Shown here piece after piece: positions 50,173-61,309 of a stretch of 64,000 nucleotides of DNA. Numbering within the stretch: the first letter of the stretch is position 1; every line of letters starts with the position of its first letter. Origin of the DNA: Planctomycetota bacterium (GTDB lineage: Bacteria > Planctomycetota > UBA1135 > UBA2386). Where the stretch lies: assembly GCA_046290465.1 (NCBI GenBank), contig JBKAGP010000001.1, positions 1,920,001-1,984,000 on the forward strand, in the 5' to 3' direction. The notes below the pieces were generated by a model, which saw only the letters and a program-made list of their open reading frames with translations, was not told the origin of the DNA and did not search any database. The translations under genes were made by a program, and so were the position numbers.

Positions 50173-50640
50173 TCAGCCGAGGAACTCGATCGCGCCGCCG
50201 GGCAGGAAGTACAGGATCACCATCTCGCCGTCGGTGACCGTCGGCACGTGCTCGCTGTCCTTGCCGTAGACGACCCAACCCTCGCCGTTGCCGTCGAAGC
50301 GCGCCGCGCCCTTGGTCGCGAAGCACAGGTCGATCTCGCCGTTGGGGTGGCGATGGCGCGGGCCCGGGCTGTTCATCCAGACGCAGTCGACGCTGAAGCC
50401 GCACAGGTCCTTGGCGACGCGGCCGAAGCGCACGCCGCCGGCCTCCTTCGGCAGCAGCCAGTCGGAGTCGACGTTGGCGAGCGCAGCCGCGCGGATCGCC
50501 ACGACCTGCTCGCCGGCGAACGCCGCCTTGGACTCTGCCTGCGCCGCGGCGTCGGCGGCGTCGACGTCGACCTGCTGCAGCTTCTCGGCCAGCGGCCGCA
50601 GCATCTCGACGAACTGTTCCTTGCTCAGTGCTTCACTCAT
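50173..50640 (-). CDS. DUF4863 / 4-hydroxylaminobenzoate lyase-like cupin
   Basis: GFSVDCVWM, GPRHRHPNGEIDL, FDG...GWVVY, HVPTV, ILYFLPGGAIEF. Confidence 0.8.
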   Translation of the reverse strand: MSEALSKEQFVEMLRPLAEKLQQVDVDAADAAAQAESKAAFAGEQVVAIRAAALANVDSDWLLPKEAGGVRFGRVAKDLCGFSVDCVWMNSPGPRHRHPNGEIDLCFATKGAARFDGNGEGWVVYGKDSEHVPTVTDGEMVILYFLPGGAIEFLG

Positions 50641-50647
50641 GGTCTCG

Positions 50648-51190
50648 CTACTTGCCCTTCGGCCGGAACACCTCGACCACCTCGGGGTTGCCCTCGAGGC
50701 GCGGCCCGCCGATCAGGTCGATGCAGTACGGGATCGCCGGGAACACCGCATCGAGGCAGACGCGGATCGAGCCCGGCTTGCCGGGCAGCGTCACCACCAG
50801 CGCCTGCTCGAGGATCGCCGCGGTCTGGCGCGACAGGATCGCGGTCGGCACGCCGACGTCGAGCGACGCCGCGCGCATCTTCTCGCCGAAGCCCGGCAGC
50901 TCCTTGTGGCAGACGTCGCGGATCGCCTCGGGCGTGACGTCGCGCGGCGACGGACCGGTGCCGCCGGTCGTGCAGATCAGGCAGCAGCCGCTCGCGGCCA
51001 GCTCCCGGATCGTCGCGCCGATCAACGCCCGTTCGTCCGCGATCACGCGCTTGTCGAAGTCGCAGTCGGTCGCCAGGTAGTCGCGCAGCGCGGCCTCGAT
51101 CGCCGGCCCCGACTGGTCCTCGTAGACGCCCTGGCTGGCGCGGTCACTGATCGTCACCACGCCGATGCGCGGCGGGCGCTCGGCGCTCAC
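50648..51190 (-). CDS. mog: Molybdopterin adenylyltransferase
   Basis: VTISDRASQGVYED, TTGGTGPSPRDVTPEA, PGFGE, TAILSRQ, LPGKP, AIPYCIDL. GTG start at 51190. Confidence 0.93.
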   Translation of the reverse strand: MSAERPPRIGVVTISDRASQGVYEDQSGPAIEAALRDYLATDCDFDKRVIADERALIGATIRELAASGCCLICTTGGTGPSPRDVTPEAIRDVCHKELPGFGEKMRAASLDVGVPTAILSRQTAAILEQALVVTLPGKPGSIRVCLDAVFPAIPYCIDLIGGPRLEGNPEVVEVFRPKGK

Positions 51191-52899
51191 AGGTTGGCCT
51201 CCGGCAGGTCGTCGCCCTCTTGCGGCTGGTCCTCGCCGGCAGCGACCCGCTGCTTGATGCGGATGCGGAACTCGCCGCGCTCCTCGGGCTCGGCGAGGCG
51301 CCAGCGGCCCTGCTGTCGACGTCGCTCGATCGCCGCGCGCTGCATCATCACCGAGGTGACGTGGCGGCCGTCGGGCGTGAACACGTGCACGCGTCCCTTC
51401 GGCCCGAGCACGACGACCGTGCTCTGGTCGATGTCCCACAGGATCGAGCTGTCGCTGGCCTCCCCGGCATCGGGGTAGGCGCGCGACGTCGGCCGCTGGC
51501 CCTGCTCGCTGCGCTCGAGTCCGTGCTGGGTGCGGCGGCCCGCGTTGCGGGTGCGGCTCTGCAGCTGCCTGGCCAGATCCTGCAGCAGCGGCAGCACGAA
51601 CTCCTCCTCGTCGACCTCGCCGTTCTTGAGCTTGCCCTCGAGGCGCAGCGCCTCGCCGTCTAGCTTGCGCTGGAAGCGGCTCAGGATCTGCATCAACGCC
51701 GGGTCGGCCAGGTCCATCGGGTCGATCGCGCCGACGCAGTGCAGGCGCAGCCGCACGCGGCCTTCGAGGGTCGTGCCGCGCAGCAGCTGGAAGCTGAACG
51801 CGCAGCGACCGGCGTCGTTGAGGGTGCGGAACAGGCCGGCGTTGACCTGGCCGAGGATCTTGAAGACCGGCGACTGGCCGCCGAACTCGGCGAGCTGCTG
51901 GGTGCGCAGCACGCGCCCCATGGTCACGTGCGTGGTGACGATCTCCTCCCCGGCGAGCATGCGCTCGATCTCCGGATCCTTGCGTTCGATCGCGAGCGTC
52001 ACGAAGTCGGTGAAGTTGGGCTTGCCGGTCGACGAGTAGCCGTCGAACACCTGCCGCGGCTCGGTCGGACGGCAGCCTTCGGCGTGCGAGCTGTCGGCGA
52101 AGTAGCTGTAGACCGCCCCCGGCCGCAGCGCCTGCTCGTGCTCGCGCACCTCGCGCACGCGCTGCAGGATCTGTTCGACCGCGGTGCCGGCGGCGTGGCG
52201 CACGTCGTTGCCGCCGTCGAGCGGCACGCGCAGGTTGAGGTCGAGGTAGCGCGGCATCGCCAGCGGATCGACGCCTTCGATCTTGAGCAGCGCCTGCGCC
52301 ATGTCGGCGAGCGCGCGCACCGCCTGCATCGCCGAGTGCTGCGAGTCGCGACCGGGCTTGCGACGCTCGCCCTTCGCCGGCCGCGGCGGGCGCTGGGCCT
52401 TCTTGCGCTGCCGCGGCTGCTGCGAACGGCCGCCCTTCGACGCGTTGCCTTCGCCGCCTTCGCCGCGGGCCTCGTCGCCCGCCGAACCCTCGGCGCCGTC
52501 GGCCTGCTCGCCCCCCTCGCCCGCCGGCTTCTTGCGGCGACGACGGCGGCGACGTCGCTTCTTCTCGTCGCCCCCGCCGTCGGAGTCCCCACCGTCCGGG
52601 CTGCCGCCGTCCGGGCTGCTGCCGTCCGGGCCTGCTCCTTGTCGACCACCATCATCGGCGGGCGCGGCACGGTCGGGAGCGGAGCTGTCGGACCCGACAC
52701 CGTCGGACCCGGAGCTGCCGGGCCCGGCCGAAGGCTCGGCAGAAGGCCGCGCCGCCGGCTCACCAGCAGGCTGCGACGGCGGCTGCGCAGCAGCCGGATC
52801 CGCCGGATGGTTGTCGGGAGCCGCAGCCGGCTCCGGCGACGGCGACGTCGGCGGCGCGGGATCGGGTTGCGGGACGCTCTGCGGCTCGGAGTCGTTCAC
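51187..52899 (-). CDS. Hypothetical protein with a long disordered N-terminus (poly-Arg) and a globular C-terminal part
   Basis: P/S/G/D-rich N-terminus, [12 protein letters not shown], then about 380 aa of ordinary composition; GTGA overlap with mog. Start uncertain. Confidence 0.75.
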   Translation of the reverse strand: MNDSEPQSVPQPDPAPPTSPSPEPAAAPDNHPADPAAAQPPSQPAGEPAARPSAEPSAGPGSSGSDGVGSDSSAPDRAAPADDGGRQGAGPDGSSPDGGSPDGGDSDGGGDEKKRRRRRRRRKKPAGEGGEQADGAEGSAGDEARGEGGEGNASKGGRSQQPRQRKKAQRPPRPAKGERRKPGRDSQHSAMQAVRALADMAQALLKIEGVDPLAMPRYLDLNLRVPLDGGNDVRHAAGTAVEQILQRVREVREHEQALRPGAVYSYFADSSHAEGCRPTEPRQVFDGYSSTGKPNFTDFVTLAIERKDPEIERMLAGEEIVTTHVTMGRVLRTQQLAEFGGQSPVFKILGQVNAGLFRTLNDAGRCAFSFQLLRGTTLEGRVRLRLHCVGAIDPMDLADPALMQILSRFQRKLDGEALRLEGKLKNGEVDEEEFVLPLLQDLARQLQSRTRNAGRRTQHGLERSEQGQRPTSRAYPDAGEASDSSILWDIDQSTVVVLGPKGRVHVFTPDGRHVTSVMMQRAAIERRRQQGRWRLAEPEERGEFRIRIKQRVAAGEDQPQEGDDLPEANL

Positions 52900-53042
52900 G
52901 GGGCGGAAGACGATGCGCACAACGGCAGGGCCGGACAAGAACGAGCCGGAAAGAAACCGCCGCCGCGGCCGCGACCAGCCCGGCGGCGGCATTCCCTTCG
53001 CCGTGCGGGCCTGCTTAGCTAGGGGCCAATCTCCGCGCAATC

Positions 53043-54397
<1,355 letters not shown>

Positions 54398-54401
<4 letters not shown>

Positions 54402-55054
54402 GCATGAACTTCGGACGGGAGCAGGCGCTGCTGCGTCAGCGTTTGACCGAGAAGGGCTCCCCCGAGCTCGCGGCCGAACAGCAGGCCCGGTTCGGAGACA
54501 AGATGAAGTGCCTGGGCGCGGCGGACGACGAGGTGCTGGCCGCGGCGTCCGACCTGGTCGAGCAGTTCCCGACGATGGGACGGGCGCAGATGACGGCGTT
54601 CGTGCGCACGCTCTGGGGCAGCAAGACCCACGAGCTGCGCGGCGTCGGCGTCGAGATCCTGGCGCGCCGCGCCGAGCTGCTCGAGCCGCCCGACCTGGCG
54701 TTCGTCGAGGGCCTGCTCAAGGACGGCCACGATGCGGACATGCAGGCGCGGCTGGCGAGCGACGTGCTCGGCGCGCTGGTCTGCAAGAACAAGAAGCTCT
54801 GGAAGGATCTGCAGAAGCTCGCCAAGAGCGCCGACGACAAGCTGCGGCTCGCGGCGGTGCGCGCGGCGAAGGCGCCGTGCGCCAGCGACGGCAGCGTGTT
54901 CGACCGCTTCGAGAAGCTGGTCACGCCGCTGCTGGCCGAGGCCGACGAGCACCTGCAGGCGGCGGTCGACGAGGTGCTGCGCGCGGCGGCCGAACAGGAC
55001 GCCGAGGCCGTCAAGGCCTTCGCCAGCGAGCACGGCCTGTCGTTCGACGGGTAG
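54398..55054 (+). CDS. HEAT-like protein, possibly DNA alkylation repair (AlkD-like) family
   Basis: ATGA overlap with cbs; all-helical; LWGSKTHELR resembles the AlkD LW.S...E.R motif. Confidence 0.55.
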
Positions 55055-55100
55055 CGGCTGGTTGCCGGGGTCGGCTCGGCGACCCGATGTGGGCCGGCTG

Positions 55101-55982
55101 CTAGTTGCCGCCGAGCTTGCCGCGCAGCTCCGTGTTGTTCGGGTGCCGCGTCGCGCCCTGCTGCCAGATCTGCCGGGCACGTTCCGGGTCCTCGTCCGCC
55201 AGCATGTTGCCGAGGTAGAGGTAGGTCTGCGCGTGGTGGTCCTGCACCGGCTGCGACTTCTGCTGCTCGATCAGCGTCTCGAAGTGGCTGATCGCCTCCT
55301 TGTTCTTGCCGAGGAACTTCGGCCAGAAGGTGTAGCTCACCGCCTTGGTGAAGCGCGCCTCCCAGTGGTTGCCGTCGATCGCCAGCACCTTGTCGAACTG
55401 CTTGTCGGCGAGCATCGACATGTTCCACTTGCTGTTGTCCATCTGCAGGTAGGCCATGTAGGCGTTCGCCAGGTCCATCTGCGCCTTGGGATCGTTGGGG
55501 TTGGCGTCGGCCAGCTCCTTGAACGCGTCGATAACCTCGTCCATCTTGCCGGCGTCGAAGGCGCGCTTCCACGCGTCGGCGTTGTCCCAGTAGTTGCTGC
55601 CGAGCAGCGTGTCGAGGTCGCCCTCGACGTCGAACGCGAGCTCGGCGTCGCCCGCCTTCTGGGCCGCGGCATCGGCCGGACCGCTGCCGCGCCGGTCGAG
55701 GTAGGCCTCGACCGCGGCCGCGACCTGGTCGGGCGACAGCGTCGGCGCCTCGGTGCGCTGCAGGCTCGCGGGCGCCGCCGCGGAGGCGGCCTTGGCGCGG
55801 ACCTCGTCGAGCCGGGTCTGCAGCTGTTCGTTCTGCTTGCGCAGGTCCTTGACGTCGGCCTGCAGGCCTTCGATCACCAGTTGGTCCCCGGAGCCGGCCT
55901 CGGGCTGCATGGCGATGGTGATGCCGGCGGCTGCGGCCGAGGCGAACAGGACGGAGACGACGACGGAGGCGGTTGCGTTCAT
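55101..55982 (-). CDS. Membrane-anchored coiled-coil + TPR protein
   Basis: N-terminal hydrophobic helix, coiled coil, TPR-like units (NPNDPKAQMDLANAY; AQTYLYLGNML). Confidence 0.75.
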   Translation of the reverse strand: MNATASVVVSVLFASAAAAGITIAMQPEAGSGDQLVIEGLQADVKDLRKQNEQLQTRLDEVRAKAASAAAPASLQRTEAPTLSPDQVAAAVEAYLDRRGSGPADAAAQKAGDAELAFDVEGDLDTLLGSNYWDNADAWKRAFDAGKMDEVIDAFKELADANPNDPKAQMDLANAYMAYLQMDNSKWNMSMLADKQFDKVLAIDGNHWEARFTKAVSYTFWPKFLGKNKEAISHFETLIEQQKSQPVQDHHAQTYLYLGNMLADEDPERARQIWQQGATRHPNNTELRGKLGGN

Positions 55983-56076
55983 GGAGAGGGGGCGTGGGTT
56001 GTGGCCGGGAAACGACGCTCGCCGTCTCCCGGGCGCGGGCTACTGTAGCCGGCCGAGACTATTTCGAGACGCCCCC

Positions 56077-56826
56077 ATGCAGGTCTACGACACCCACTGC
56101 CACATCGGCCTCGACGGCAAGGTCGCCCCCGAGGACGACCACGCGCGCGCGGTCGCCGCCAACGTCGGCGCGCTGCTCGTGGTCGGCATCGACGCCCCCA
56201 CCAGCGAGGCCGCGCGCGCGCTCGCGCGGCTGCCCGGCGTGCGTTGGAGCGCCGGCCTGCACCCCAACGACAGCAGCCACTTCGACGAGCAGTGGCCGGC
56301 GATCGAGGCGCTGGCGCGCGATCCGTCGTGCACCGCGGTCGGCGAGACCGGCCTCGACTGCTTCCGCGACCGCACGCCGTTGCAGCAGCAGGAACGTTCG
56401 CTGCGCGCGCACCTGGCGCTGGCGCGCGAACTCGACCTGCCGGTGATCTTCCACTGCCGCGACGCGTTCGAGCCGCTGTTCGCGGTGCTCGACGACGAGC
56501 CGTCGGTGCGCGGCGTCATGCACTGCTTCTCCGGCGGCGTCGCCGAGGCGAAGCGTTCGCTGGACCTCGGCCTCTACCTGTCGTTCGCCGGCCCGCTGAC
56601 CTACAAGAAGAACGACGTGCTGCGCGAGGCGTGCGCGTTCACCCCGGCCGACCGCGTGCTGGTCGAGACCGACGCGCCGTTCCTGCCGCCACAGTCGCGG
56701 CGCGGCAAGCGCAACGAACCCGCGCTGATCCTCGAGACCCTCACCCGGCTGGCGGAGGTCCGTTCCCTCACCCTCGAAGCCGCCGCCACCCAGACCTACG
56801 ACAACGCCATCCGCCTCTTCGGCTGA
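56077..56826 (+). CDS. tatD: TatD family DNase
   Basis: DTHCH, GLHP, GETGLD, IFHCRDA, HCFSG, ETDAPFL, NEP. Confidence 0.95.
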   Translation: MQVYDTHCHIGLDGKVAPEDDHARAVAANVGALLVVGIDAPTSEAARALARLPGVRWSAGLHPNDSSHFDEQWPAIEALARDPSCTAVGETGLDCFRDRTPLQQQERSLRAHLALARELDLPVIFHCRDAFEPLFAVLDDEPSVRGVMHCFSGGVAEAKRSLDLGLYLSFAGPLTYKKNDVLREACAFTPADRVLVETDAPFLPPQSRRGKRNEPALILETLTRLAEVRSLTLEAAATQTYDNAIRLFG

Positions 56827-56839
56827 CCCACCGCACGGT

Positions 56840-57045
56840 CGGAAGGTCTGGTTCCGGTATTGGCTGGTTCCGGTATGGCTGGTTCCGGGAGCAGACCTTG
56901 CGGACCGGCTCGCCAGGTGGCGCAACCTGAACCGGGTTCGGTATGCGGCGTCCGGAAGGTCGGTTCTGGCAGCAGATCGTTCGGACCGGCTGCCAGGTGG
57001 CGCAACTTGAACCGGGTTCGGTATGCGGGGTCCGGTATGCGGGGG
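56840..57045. repeat. Composite intergenic repeat: 3 x ~15-bp units plus 2 x 80-bp palindrome-containing units
   Basis: ctggttccggtat(t)gg x2 plus a partial copy; gccaggtggcgcaac(c/t)tgaaccgggttcggtatgcgg at 56912 and 56992. Confidence 0.85.
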
Positions 57046-57049
57046 CTGG

Positions 57050-58915
57050 TCAGCGGCCGGAGGGGGCGGCTGGGGATTGGAAGGCGCGGATGGCGTGGAT
57101 GGTGCGGGGGTCGGTCGGGTAGCGGCGCTGCAGGTCCTGCAGGGCGCGGCGCGCGTCGGCCGGCCGGCCGAGGTCGACCAGCGTGCGAACGCGCTGGATG
57201 CAGACGTCGATGGTCGGCAGGCCCGAGGCCATGCTGGTGTCGAGGTGGTGCAGCGCGCCGTCGAGGTCGTCGAGGCCCCGTCGCGCGAACGCGGCCAGCA
57301 GGTAGACGTAGCCCTTCGGCGGCGCGATCTCGAGGCACGACAGCGCCAGTCGCTCGGCGGTCTCGAAGTGCTCGTCCCCCAGCCCGGCGCGGCCCGCCTG
57401 CAGGTTGGCCTGCGCGACCAGCGTGCGCACCCACGGATCGTCCGGGCTGCGCTGCTGCAGTTCGGCGCTCGTCGCCAGCGACAACCACGGGAACGCGTGC
57501 TCGTCGTCCTGCGCGATCAGTGCCTCGACGTAGTTGCGCAGCGCATCGTGGTGGCCAGGATACAGCATGTGCGCCCGCTGCAGCGGACCGAGCGCGCCGG
57601 CCATGTCGCGATGGCGCATGCGGCTGGTGCCGAGCCCCCACCAGGCGCGGAACGACTCCGGGTGCTGCGACAGCTCCTGCTGCCACAGCGCGCGCTCGTC
57701 GCGATAGAGCCACGAACGTTGCGCCGACCAAGTCACCCCGACGGCCAGCAGCAGCGCGAACGCAGCCCGCAGCGCCCCGATCGGCAGCCGGCCACCGCAG
57801 GCGCGGCGCAGACGCGGAACGACCCCGACGCCGATCGCCGCGAAGCCGAGCAGCGGCCCGTAGAAGCGGTGCTCGGCGAACGGCATGTTCAGCGGGATCA
57901 CGATCCACGGCAGCGCGATCGCCCACGCCGTGCACGTCCCGAGGCGACGCAACCGCGCGTTGGGCCCGTTCCACAGTCCGGCGACCGTCAACCCGGCGAT
58001 GCTGCTCCAGCCGAGCAGCACCAGCGGATCGGCGAACGAACTGCGGTAGCCGACCTCCGGATCGAGCGTCAGCTGCGCCGGCACGACCGCCTGCCACAGC
58101 ATCTGCGGCAGCAGCGTGCCCATCGTCGCCAGCTGCATCGTCAGCGTGCGGCCATGGCCGCTCGAAGGATCCTCGCCGGTCCGGCCGAGCAGCTGCACGG
58201 TCGCCTCGCCGAGCAGCAGCTTGCGCGCGACCAGGTAGGCCACCACCAGCGCGACCACAGGCGCGATCCCGACCAGCAGACGGCGCCACTCGCGGCCGTT
58301 GGGCAGGCGGTGGCGCAGCACAAAGGCCTGCACCAGCATCAGCCCGGGCAACACGACGCCGGTCTCCTTGCTGCCGCACGCGAGCACCGTGCCGAGCAGC
58401 ATGCCGGCGACCGGCCGCACCGAGCCGCGGCCGCGCAGCCAGGCGAGCTGTGCGTGCAGGCCGAGCAACACGCCGAACGTCGACAGCAGCTCACTGCGCG
58501 CCGACACCAGGTTGATCGCCTCGGACGCGAGCGGGTGCACCGCGAACAACGCGGCACAGACGAACGCGGCGCGGCTCTGCCGCGACAGCTGCCACAGCCA
58601 TCGGAACAGCAGCGTCGCGACGCCGCAGTGGATCAACAGGTTGCCGCCCTTCAGCGACCACGCCGCCGGACTGACCGCGATGTTGAGCGCGAAGCTGGTC
58701 AGCAAGGCCGGGCGGTACATGCGCGCGGCCGCGCCGCTGAAGGCGTCGGGATCGGTCCAGAAGCTGCCGAGGTTCGACAGGCTCTGCACGGCCGGGTTGG
58801 CCGAGACCGAGTGCACGTCGTCGAACACGTAGTCGCCGCCAAGCGCGGCGCCGTAGGCTAGCACCGCGAGCAATGCGACCAACCAGCCCAGACGGGCGAC
58901 GAGACGTTCGCTCAC
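57050..58915 (-). CDS. TMTC-like GT-C membrane glycosyltransferase with C-terminal TPRs
   Basis: First-loop YVFDD, YRP, LFAVHPLASEAINLVSARSELL, SKE, AEHRFYGP, W..ERALW, then TPRs. Confidence 0.78.
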   Translation of the reverse strand: MSERLVARLGWLVALLAVLAYGAALGGDYVFDDVHSVSANPAVQSLSNLGSFWTDPDAFSGAAARMYRPALLTSFALNIAVSPAAWSLKGGNLLIHCGVATLLFRWLWQLSRQSRAAFVCAALFAVHPLASEAINLVSARSELLSTFGVLLGLHAQLAWLRGRGSVRPVAGMLLGTVLACGSKETGVVLPGLMLVQAFVLRHRLPNGREWRRLLVGIAPVVALVVAYLVARKLLLGEATVQLLGRTGEDPSSGHGRTLTMQLATMGTLLPQMLWQAVVPAQLTLDPEVGYRSSFADPLVLLGWSSIAGLTVAGLWNGPNARLRRLGTCTAWAIALPWIVIPLNMPFAEHRFYGPLLGFAAIGVGVVPRLRRACGGRLPIGALRAAFALLLAVGVTWSAQRSWLYRDERALWQQELSQHPESFRAWWGLGTSRMRHRDMAGALGPLQRAHMLYPGHHDALRNYVEALIAQDDEHAFPWLSLATSAELQQRSPDDPWVRTLVAQANLQAGRAGLGDEHFETAERLALSCLEIAPPKGYVYLLAAFARRGLDDLDGALHHLDTSMASGLPTIDVCIQRVRTLVDLGRPADARRALQDLQRRYPTDPRTIHAIRAFQSPAAPSGR

Positions 58916-60057
58916 GCGGCCCCCGAGAAGCGGATCGGGTTGCAGCGCGACAGCACCTCGCGCCAGCGCCCGGCCAGCTGCGCGGTGCCGAAGTGGCGCT
59001 CGTAGGCGGCGCGCGCGCCGGCAGCGGCGCTGGCCAGCAGCGGCGGCGACGCCGCGAGGCGGCGCAGTTCGGCCGCGAGCGCGCCCGCGTCGCCGGCCCT
59101 GCTCGAGAACACGACCCCACTGCCGTCGAGCCAGCGCGCGATCGCGGGCGTATCGGCGGTCAGCACCGGCCGGCCCGCGGCGAGCGCGTGCACGACCTTG
59201 AACGGCACCACGCGCTGGGTCTTGCCGCCGGCACCGAACACGCCGGCGACTAGATGGCAGGACCCGAGCAGTTCGCGCAGGCGATCGCGATCGACAAACG
59301 CAGGCCCGATCGACACCCGCGAACCGAGCTTCGCCTTGGCGAAGCGGCGATCGTCGTCGGTGCCACCGACCAGCGTCAGCCGCACGTCGGCGACGCCCGC
59401 GACCGCGGTGATCAGCGTGCGCAGGCCGTGCAGCGGCACCCCGGTGCCGAAGAACAACAGCTCAAGCGGCATGCCCGGGAGCGGCGCGCGCCACGGATCG
59501 ACCTCGGAAGGCGCATCGGGATCGTGCACCGGCAGCCAGGTGAACCGTTCGGCCGGCAGCCCGGTCAGCTCCTGCACGTAGCTGGCGTTCTCGGGCGTGT
59601 CGAGCACGACCAGGTCGGCCGCGGCGCACGCCTGCGTGTCCACGCGGCGCAGGTAGTTGGCGACGATCGAGCCCGGACGCACCAGCCGCCGGTCCTCGAC
59701 GATCGTGTCGTACGCCGACAAGAACATGTCGAACGCGACCGGCGCGGCGACGCGCTCCTTGATGGCACGCACCAGACGGTGGCCCGGATACGGCACCACC
59801 ACGGCGTGCGGGCGCGTGCGTTCGACGGTCTGCTCCAGCGTCGACAGCAACCGTTCGCGCTGCCGCCGCTGCTGCAGCCACATCGACGGCCACCGCCACG
59901 GCTGCTGCAGCATGCGCTGCTTGCTGCGGCCGAGACCGGCCACGCGGCATTCGCCGACCTCGATGCCGGCCGCCTCGAGCCCCTGGCGCAGCGAACGGGT
60001 GCGCGGGTAGCCGGCACCTTCGTCCCAGGCCCCGCACAACAGGACGCGATCGTGCAT
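58912..60057 (-). CDS. Glycosyltransferase, GT4-like (GT-B)
   Basis: YPRTRSL, LLFFGTGVPLHG, GVFG...VVPFKVVHALAAGRPVLTADT. Confidence 0.8.
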   Translation of the reverse strand: MHDRVLLCGAWDEGAGYPRTRSLRQGLEAAGIEVGECRVAGLGRSKQRMLQQPWRWPSMWLQQRRQRERLLSTLEQTVERTRPHAVVVPYPGHRLVRAIKERVAAPVAFDMFLSAYDTIVEDRRLVRPGSIVANYLRRVDTQACAAADLVVLDTPENASYVQELTGLPAERFTWLPVHDPDAPSEVDPWRAPLPGMPLELLFFGTGVPLHGLRTLITAVAGVADVRLTLVGGTDDDRRFAKAKLGSRVSIGPAFVDRDRLRELLGSCHLVAGVFGAGGKTQRVVPFKVVHALAAGRPVLTADTPAIARWLDGSGVVFSSRAGDAGALAAELRRLAASPPLLASAAAGARAAYERHFGTAQLAGRWREVLSRCNPIRFSGAA

Positions 60058-61193
60058 CACGCGGCTCCTTCGTCGTGCTGGCCGGTCCCGCTCGGCGGCG
60101 TGCCGCCCTGGGCGAGCCCCTGGAACCGCAGCGCGGCGATCTGCTCGGCGATCAGGCCGAGCGCGAACAGCAGCATCGCCTGCGTCAGCAGCAGCACGGC
60201 CATGTTGGTGAAGCGGCCCTCGGTCAGCCAGGTGTTGAGGTACCACGCCACGCCGATCGCGCCGGTCACCAGCGACGCGGGCAGGAACACCCGCAGCGGC
60301 GCGAACATCGTGGCGATGCGCAGGATGATCACGAAGAACCGCGAGCCGTCGGCGAACAGGCGCACGTGGCTCTTGCCCTTGCGTTGGCGCACCTGGAACG
60401 GGTGGAAGCCCACCGACCAGCCGCCGCGCAGCATCGACATCGTGATCGTGGTCGGATAGCTGAACGTGTTGGGCAGCAGCCAGACGAGGCTCTTGGCGAC
60501 GTCGGCCCGCATCAGGCGGAAGCCGCTGGTCAGGTCCGGGATCCGTCGACCCGACACGTAGCTCGCGAAGCGGTTGTAGATCTGGTTGGCGAGGTTGCGG
60601 TGCACGCTGCCGCCGCGGCCGCCGCGCGAGGCGACCACCATGTCGTGGTGCTCGCGTTCGATCTGGTCGATCATCGCCGGCAGCTCGTGCGGCGGATGCT
60701 GGCCGTCGCCGTCGAGCAGCAGGATCCAGTCGCCCTTCGCCTCGCGGATGCCGCGCTTGACGGCCGCGCCGTTGCCGAGACCGACGCCGTGGTGCACGAC
60801 CTTGGCGTCGCGTTCGGCCGCGAGCTGCGGCGTCTCGTCGGTCGAGCCGTCGTTGACGACGATCACCTCGCAGAACGGCAGCTGCAGCTCGGCGAGCTCC
60901 CGGTTGATCTCGTCGAGCAGGCCGCCGACGTTGAGCGCCTCGTTGCGCGCCGGCACGACGATCGACAGGCTGCGCACCCGCGCGCGCTGCGCCGGCGTGC
61001 GCAGCGGCGGTGTCGCGGGCGCGGCCGGCACCTCGACCGCAGCATCGGTGAGCGCGGTCGGCCGTGCCTGCTCGGCGACCGGCGCGGTTGCCGAAGGCAG
61101 CTCCCCCACCGCCATCAGCGAAGCCAGAACGTTCTCACGGACCTCGAGTTCCGGACCCTGCAGCTGCGTCGACATCGTCGGTGCTATCGGCAT
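60057..61193 (-). CDS. Glycosyltransferase family 2, polyprenol-phosphate sugar synthase (DPM1/GtrB-like)
   Basis: SIVVPARNE, VNDGSTD, LLDGDGQH, DLTSGFR, two C-terminal TMs. Start uncertain. Confidence 0.85.
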   Translation of the reverse strand: MPIAPTMSTQLQGPELEVRENVLASLMAVGELPSATAPVAEQARPTALTDAAVEVPAAPATPPLRTPAQRARVRSLSIVVPARNEALNVGGLLDEINRELAELQLPFCEVIVVNDGSTDETPQLAAERDAKVVHHGVGLGNGAAVKRGIREAKGDWILLLDGDGQHPPHELPAMIDQIEREHHDMVVASRGGRGGSVHRNLANQIYNRFASYVSGRRIPDLTSGFRLMRADVAKSLVWLLPNTFSYPTTITMSMLRGGWSVGFHPFQVRQRKGKSHVRLFADGSRFFVIILRIATMFAPLRVFLPASLVTGAIGVAWYLNTWLTEGRFTNMAVLLLTQAMLLFALGLIAEQIAALRFQGLAQGGTPPSGTGQHDEGAA

Positions 61194-61232
61194 TCCGGGG
61201 GCCAGACCTCATGCCCGGCCCGTACAAACGCA

Positions 61233-61270
61233 ACGCGCCCGCGTGCAGCCGAGGCTGCGCGCGGGCGCGT
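61233..61270 (-). terminator. Long GC hairpin downstream of the pilin gene
   Basis: Arms acgcgcccgcgtgcagcc / ggctgcgcgcgggcgcgt (1 mismatch) followed on the minus strand by TGCGTTTGT. Confidence 0.6.
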
Positions 61271-61309
61271 CGTTGCTGCGGTCATGCGACCGCATCGAGC
61301 CCGTCGTCC

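Noticed and set aside
46589..50269. 1226-aa plus-strand ORF and other very long ORFs (4531..7059 -, 11287..13695 +, 37343..40138 +, 43030..45702 +, 53019..54377 -)
   Set aside because: They are antisense or off-frame shadows of well-supported genes. Their composition is typical of high-GC stop-poor frames and they carry no motifs.
56912..57028. Two 37-bp palindromic repeats 43 bp apart as a mini-CRISPR array
   Set aside because: Only two repeats, the sequences preceding each repeat resemble each other (a tandem 80-bp unit, not unique spacers), and there are no cas genes.
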